Origin: Hormiphora californensis | Taxonomy: Eukaryota; Animalia; Ctenophora | DNA: 64,000 bases | Assembly (NCBI GenBank): GCA_020137815.1 | Contig: CM035351.1 | Coordinates: forward strand, 7,564,001 to 7,628,000 | Direction: 5' to 3' | Shown: piece by piece, positions 57,201 through 64,000 of the stretch | Position numbering within the stretch: the stretch's first letter is position 1 | Layout of the letters: each line of letters opens with the position of its first letter | The notes under the pieces: model-generated | Seen by the model: only the letters and a program-made list of their open reading frames with translations | Database searches by the model: none | What the model was told of the DNA's origin: nothing | Position numbers and translations under genes: made by a program

Positions 57201-60200
57201 GACCAGTACGTGATTTTAAATTATTAATTCTGTCGTGGTGATGATCGCATGGTTGAAAATTCTTTGTTTTGCAATATTTGATCAAACCACTCAGTGAAAT
57301 GATATTAATAAATGTTCTAGAATCTAGAACATAACGGAAAATAATAACTTTAAGGTCAGCAAGTGTGTCTCTGTAATTGTGCACTAAAATATTGCGGCGG
57401 TTCGGTACCAGAGAAAATTTATTCTAATTTAAATACTTGGAAACAGATTTTGCTAATTTTGCAAGTAAAACAAAGAAAACAGATTTTACCGTTTTTATTA
57501 TACCATCATAACATAAAAGATCTAAAAAATCCGACGGTAACTTAAATACTAGCATTGTATGAGGGGCTGGTTGAACAAGCAGACAGCGTCTGTAACTGTT
57601 CTCGCCCCCTCGCATTTTAAATTAATTGTTTTCAGACTTCACAAGCACCTAATGTGTGATGGTGTCCCTGATTGTAAAGACGGAAGTGACGAGGTCCTTT
57701 GCGGAGGAGAGACGGATGTCCTAGCTTGGAGAAAGTATTCGCATGATAAACCACTTCCACTTCAGGTTCTTATCATACTGCTTAGTGCTTGCTCCTTCCT
57801 CACACACTGCACAGATCATACCAATAATCAATTACCCCTACGAAATGATAACTAAAAACAGCTCTATCAGTTATCCTGGTTAATGGACGGGTTCGAGGAC
57901 TGTTTGGATGGGTCCGATGAGATCGCAGAGAGGTGGGAGAGGTGCGGGAAGGGCCCTACTCTTCGGTTCAAGGAGGCTGACCGCGTGTGTTCTGAGGTGT
58001 TCAGGTAAGAAGTAAAAAAAGGACACTCTCTCTTTAGTTAAAGTAACAATCTCTCTCTACTCTCTCTCTCTCTCTTTAGTTAAAGTGATAATCTCATTCC
58101 CGACCAAGTATTTACATGTAATCACTCCTCCCCATCATGATGACAGATGGAGGGATGGTGGATATACGGAACTTTCAGACTTATGTGATGGTGTCGATCA
58201 TACAGGCCTAGAATGTGCACTGTGCGAAGCTGCCCGAAACTACTACGACTCTGGAGATAGGAGTAACGTTAGAGAGGACAGAAGGGGAATTGTTAGGTAC
58301 AGACAGACTTTTAACTTTCGACTTAACCTAATTCAAGTATTTTATTTGTCGAGAAAGTATATAATTTCAATACTTCACTTTATGCAGTTTAGCGTGGTGT
58401 GTTGCCGGTGTCTATGGGCTAAAGGAATGTGTTCATGATACTTTCAACTACTCCCCACATCAGCCAATTTTCGGAGTTGATACAAAAATATCCATTTTTG
58501 CTCCAAAGGAGAAGGTTTGTATTTTGTTTGGGTACTTCAGCAGTGCACATAAGTAAATGTAAAATGTTAAGATGATGCATCTTGTTCAGACTGATATATC
58601 CCCAGGTTGATTGCTCTCACTATTATGGAGAGCAGTACCTGTACATGGCGTGTTCTGGGTCCTGTATTAGTTCCCACTGCCCTCTATACCAAAACACCCT
58701 GTCAGCTGACTCCTGTCCGGGGCAGTATCGGGATCGTGTTTACACTGTCATGGGCAACCAACATCTGGTATTTGCAACACCTTCCTCCCGTGATGGAGGG
58801 TGGACCGCGAGGTAATGATCTAGGAACCAGTGATAAAGGACTTGTTTGTGTTTGTTTGTTTGTGTAAGGACTTCAACATATTAATTTTATATCGTCTGAC
58901 ACGGAATAATTTCAGGTACTTTGTGTGTCGAAACACCAAATGTGTTCCCTGGAAAGAGGTATGTAACTTGGTCGATAACTGCGGTGATGGAAGTGACGAA
59001 AGTGATGAGAACTGTTTGAACCATTTCAGGTGGGTAGAGCCAGTCTCCAACGGAAATCTTTGATATTTCCAGTTAACAGCTAAACTAAACAGGTGTCGAA
59101 GCTAATAGCTACCATTCAGGTGCCGAAGTACCCGTCACCTTATACCCTTGTCTGGTCTGTGTAATGGCCAGATTGATTGTTCGGATCTCAGTGATGAGTG
59201 CAATGAGAGGTAAATATCATTTTTTGAAAAACCTAACTCCTAAACAATATTCGATTGAGTACTTTATCCACAAAGAATGAATGTCGTGGTTAGGTAAAAC
59301 CCTTTGTCAGGTGTTCTCTGGAGATTGTCGAGGGGGTATTCCTCAAAGCTTCCAGCTGGACTTTAGGAATCGTGGGCACCTTTCTAAACGCAATTGTCAT
59401 ACTTCGCCAGGTAAAATATGAAATTCTAAATAATATTACCAGGGGCCGGGCTGTAAACGACGTGAGACCGCATAATTTTCTGTGTGCTGCATACAAAAGT
59501 GAAACACAGTTGGTCAAATGATTTAATGTACCGTTATCCTAACTTGTTCAGGGAATGAAGTTCTACCAAGCTAAAGAACCACCATCAACGGCAGTTCTAT
59601 TAGATAAGCTGCTGATCATGACCATTAGTGTTGGAGACCTGCTTACAGGAACCTACCTGCTCGCCATATCTATCATTGATATAATCACCGAAAAATCTTA
59701 TTGTGAAAAGAGGCTTCATTGGCTTACAGGTATTGCTCCATATTTAAAAATGGACCTAATTGGCCATCTCCTGGCCATCTTTATCAACTCATTTCTCCAT
59801 ATTGACCAATTCATATCTCGGGTACAACATATCTCTAATATTTCAGGTCGTGAGTGTGCATCTCTTGGCGCCATAAGTACATGTGGAGCACAACTGTCCC
59901 TTTTTGCCATGGTAACCCTTGCACTAACACGAGCCATACATATAGTAAGAGGCTCATTGATGAAGCCCGCACCCGCCACTAAGAAGGACTGTGCCAACTT
60001 TGCTACATTGTTGATGATGATTGGTGGAATTTCAGTTACCATAGCAACGACACCCCTCCTCCCGTTGCCAGGATTTCAGGATTTCTTTGTGAACGGACAA
60101 TACTATCCGAAGCTGAGACTATTTGCTGGACTTGTAAACAAGTAAGCTAACCACATTTCTTTCAAGTTATGTAGTAAACTGGTAATTTTCTAACCTATTT

Positions 60201-62183
60201 AAATTATAACGATCCCAGCTTGTCTGTTTCTTTATTTTAGCGAGATTTATATTGAATGTCTCTTGGCTCTTGGTCTCTTTTAGCGAACGGGATTCAACCT
60301 CAAACTCTTTCATTGTGTTTACTAAATAGGAAAGGGCAGAATTGCATTCTCTCTCGTATCAAACCACTTTTCTACTTTTAAATGGGTCTCTTCTGTAGTT
60401 TATTAAGAGGGAGGGAACAGTTAAATTAAATAAACGAATTTATGAAGCATAATTCACGGTTGCAGGGAGACCCACTATCGGACGCTGGAGAAGTACTACG
60501 GTCGCTCCAAACGACAAGTTCTCTCCTGGGCCAAGATTTCAAATCTTGTCAACTATATGTTCTCTCACGACTACATCCCAGAAATACAATCACGACAAGT
60601 ACGTCTAATGATTTGGTGGTAAAATAATCGAGTATCTTAATTTGGAATTCAATGTTGTCAAAAGGGATCGCCACCCAGTGTACTTTTGAACTGTTCTTTT
60701 CGATTTTAATAAAAACAGCACGAACAGTTCAATGAAATCACACAAATGTTTCAGATTCACTTCTATGGAAATGCGGGGGTGTGTCTTTTCAAGTATTTCG
60801 TGACTCCAACGGACCCCCAGAGGACGTTCGTTTGGAGCGTGCTGGCGATCAACACTGCCTGCTTCGTTGCAATTTGTATTTCGTATGTCGCCATAGCAAC
60901 CACAGAAATGCAGAGTTCTAGGGTACTGGCAGGCCAAGTCCAGGTAGGTACCGGCAGATCTGTAAACCGTTGTCTAATTGCTATATCTTACCCAGTGCAA
61001 AGATCTTAAAAAATGCTGCGAATCTAGAAACTTTATCGAAAATTTGCTCCCACCAAATTTTGAAGCTCACCTCAATAACATTAATTGTGTTTAACAACTA
61101 TGTTTTTGTGGTCAGCATTAGAGAAAAAATGTTAAAATTATTTTGCACAAACGAGGAAAAAGTTTTAAAAAAAAGATTCATCGGGATTCGAACCCACACA
61201 TATGTGCTCGCATATGGTATTATTGGCAATCGCCTTAACCACTCGACCACTGAGGCTGATGGAAATATCGAATTTTACCCGTTCTTATATGTGCGCGCGG
61301 CATGGCAGCATGGTTGTCATAGTTACACTTCATCTGCTGCCTCATCTGCTGCTGCTAGATTAGGCAGCATTAGCAAAATGCGAATTTCGCGACTGAGATG
61401 AGGTAGAGATACCAAATTTCATACCCCGACCTATTTTTCGACGCTGAACACGATGCACGCATCTATTTCACTCCACGATGTCTAGTTTTTGCTGTACAGC
61501 GAATTTTTGCTACTTTTAGGTGTTTTTTTACTAATTTTTTGCTGCTAACTAAATTCGCAAATTAGCACAATCTTTGCACTGGGATATCTTAGCATTCTCA
61601 CTGCTACACTGAATCGTGTCAGTGCAGATCTGGGCATCAATTCCAAAATTCGTGATAACTCATTTCCCTTCCTTAGAACAAAAATAATGTGGAAATAAAA
61701 CGTCAGAGGAGAGTTCGGAAGAAGAGACTTCATCGGAAGATTTTTCTGATAATCTTCTCCGACTTTATCTGTTGGGTACCATTTACTTTTCTTTGTGCCC
61801 TTCACTCACTACAACTTGTCGATGGCACACCATGGTAAATTAACTAATGAGTTATGAGATATTTCCTATTATGCAAAGTTATTATATTTCGATTGTTGCT
61901 TTGAGCAATTGACCTGACCATTTTTCTTTGTTGCAGGTATGGATTGTTTTCAGTTCTCATTCTGCCCCTCAACTCGGTGATAAACCCGATCATTTACGAT
62001 GTGAGCATTCAGACGACACTCTTCTCCAGATACTTTAAGGTATATTATACTGCAGGATTTTGCAGTATTAATTGGGATTTCTATCTACAGAAAAAATCTG
62101 GCGGTACATTTAATACCAGTACTACTTTTAAGGTGTCGAAAAGATGGTTTCGGATAAGGGGAAGATTAGAGGAAGACAAATAA
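54230..62183 (+). CDS. Class A GPCR of the LGR/GRL101 type with signal peptide, SRCR-like domain, Cys-rich region and multiple LDLa repeats; multi-exon
   Basis: SRCR-like GEVCQ...GTLICKSMGY...IRC..SARSISEC...ALVC. LDLa motifs CDGVPDCKDGSDE, DGFEDCLDGSDE, CNLVDNCGDGSDE, CNGQIDCSDLSDEC. 7TM motifs ISVGDLLTGTYLL, FYGNAGVCL, IIFSDFICWVP, ILPLNSVINPIIY. Confidence 0.85.
55575..55724. mobile_element. Hairpin MITE of about 150 bp
   Basis: ACGCCGACCGAAATTTT..GGGAAATCTCTCACCGTAGGGTT mirrored by AACCCTATGGTGAGAGATTTCCC..AAATTTCAGTCGGCGT. Confidence 0.8.
60991..61583. mobile_element. MITE with CCCAGTGCAAAGAT TIRs and 8-bp TSD, carrying a tRNA-like segment
   Basis: ATATCTTA|CCCAGTGCAAAGAT...ATCTTTGCACTGGG|ATATCTTA. 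Confidence 0.85.
61168..61257 (-). pseudogene. tRNA-derived (Ser/Leu-like) Pol III module
   Basis: Minus strand: A box TGGTCGAGTGGTTAAGGCG, long variable region, B box GGTTCGAATCCC, then oligo-T. The acceptor stem does not pair, so this is not a functional tRNA. Confidence 0.7.
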
Positions 62184-63719
62184 TTGTGTAGTGGGATGCC
62201 TGCAAGAAGGATGGAAAACACTTCATTGTGGACAATGACTCGATTGTTTACCTGACGACAATTAATGAGCTGCTTGAATTGGATTTGTCCTCCTTGCTGT
62301 AACAAACACGCTGTAACAAACTAGTGAGTCACTAGCGTGGTACACACAAAAGAAAGAGCTACGTGACTCATGCAACTGCGGCTCTTTTTAGTGCGTACCA
62401 TGCTAATTTCCTCTACTAATTAACGGTGTAGAATTCATCACACTGTACGTCACTAATCACGAACCCTAACTCATGCGTGACATGCAGATTAGCGTGAACT
62501 CAGAGAGCTTGTTTTAACAACGATTATCTGTAGTTTTTTTGCTAATTTTATGTTGACCGGGAGCTTTCAAAGTGTGTGAGAATATAAGAATATTAGTTTT
62601 TCTCTGATGCTCGTCAGTGTCAGGCACGCTGTATCTTGTCTAGCCCTGTCTGGCCGTGGCCCGCGGGCGTCAGTCCGGAAAATTTGTTTTATTGTATAGA
62701 CCTAATTTGACTGTAAAAAGTTATAAAACAAGTTCTAGAAGCATACACGCACACGCCCAGGAACCCCACATCGATTGCTGTAGCTTTTGAAGGGACCCAA
62801 ACTACAAACGAACAAAAAACACATTTCCAACAGCGAAAGCTGTTTAAAAAAGCGAAAGCTGCAGCTGTTTAAAAAAATTATCGACGCGCGTGTGAAGAAG
62901 GGGTCGACGCGCGTTGCAATCCCTTTTGTGCGCGGCGTTGTATTTGCGCGTGACAAATTACATCATGCATCGAAGGATGACTTATCATGTCAAAGTATTT
63001 GGTCAGTGGTGCCCGTAATACTATTGATTGAAGGACTTGTATAAAGAACGAGGAAATGAGAGGCAAAACTACATTTTCGATCCCGGATCCCCAAATTCAA
63101 TTGTGACTGCTGGGGGGCATCAATTCACAAGCGATTACAGAGTCTCATTACAACATTGACTCCGCGCGTTACAACTATGTTCCCATTTCAAGGGTGGGAA
63201 TGTCTTGACATGGACTCTTCTTCTTGGCAAGCTACCGATTTAAAACTCATCAGCATAAGAGACACGTTTCAAGATGTACAAAAAAATCTTCAGGTTATAT
63301 ACATACATTATGGACACTCTTTTGGGGATAAATTCTTTGTCATGCAAGGTGTGGTAACAATTGTGTCTTCTAATTCCGATTATAATAATTAGTAGGGTCG
63401 GTTGTGGGAAGTTGGGTCTGGAATTTTAAATTTGACTTGCTGATATGATTAGGGACTCTATAAAAAGTCCAAAGTACCATCCCACAGGTCTCTACCACCC
63501 CCGGTTCACTAATTAGCCGTAATTATGTGATTTATGACGTTATCGCCAATTAGCACTAATAATACCAGTTCCTGGTCACTTAGAGCTTAGATTTTGTTAC
63601 CAGCTGATAGAGGATCACTAGATTAGTGGGCATTCAAAATTTTAGGTCGATCGGAGTTATGGTCGAGGAGTTATAACCGTTTTTCCGTTTGGCTGGCGGT
63701 TGGCTGGCACCACGTGGGA

Positions 63720-64000
63720 TTACGGGTTTAGGTCGTCGTGGGAGGTCGTCATTGGTCGCGTTCGATCGGGCTCGATGAGGTGATCAAAACCTAGTGGGGC
63801 CAGACCTTGGCCCCACCCTGTTCTTGGGTTATTAGGCTTTTTCGGTTTTGGCGGGAAAATATTTTGGCGGGAAACCGAAAAAGCCCAATAACCCAAGAAC
63901 GGGGTGGGGCCAAGGTCTGGCCCCACTAGGTTTTGATCACCTCATCGAGCCCGTTCGAACGCGACCAATTACGACCTCCCACGACGACCTAAACCCGTAA
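63720..64000. mobile_element. Centre of a large foldback element; the right arm runs off the window
   Basis: TTACGGGTTTAGGTCGTCG...TTTTTCGGTT mirrored by AACCGAAAAA...CGACGACCTAAACCCGTAA around about 63860. The left arm may begin near 63390. Confidence 0.8.

Noticed and set aside
61168-61257. Functional tRNA gene
   Set aside because: The acceptor and anticodon stems do not pair properly, and it lies within a MITE.

Overview
Gene-dense eukaryotic (animal) genomic DNA with short GT-AG introns, many (AG)n microsatellites and a very high load of palindromic non-autonomous transposons. A ctenophore origin is plausible but is inference only, based on gene compactness and an LRR-less LDLa-type GPCR. 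Plus-strand block: TFIP11 (intronless CDS), cullin-1, a TMEM186-like protein and gamma-tubulin. Convergent minus-strand block: an orphan low-complexity protein, FKBP6/Shutdown-like and cytoplasmic dynein intermediate chain. These are followed by a small secreted-protein gene and an SRCR/LDLa-repeat 7TM receptor. Main points for follow-up: (1) tiny intronic insertions with a 'TSD - ~42-nt tail - hairpin - TSD' layout and shared motifs, resembling minimal Penelope-like retro-insertions; (2) a family of G-run/C-run-terminated foldback elements, one hosting a nested Merlin-like element filled with a palindromic AAAGCGCT satellite; (3) kb-scale intronic hairpins in essential genes; (4) tightly packed co-oriented genes with splice acceptors just upstream of the ATG (possible operons or SL trans-splicing); (5) several single-base reading-frame breaks in conserved exons, most likely assembly errors. 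All calls were made by eye, without database searches.
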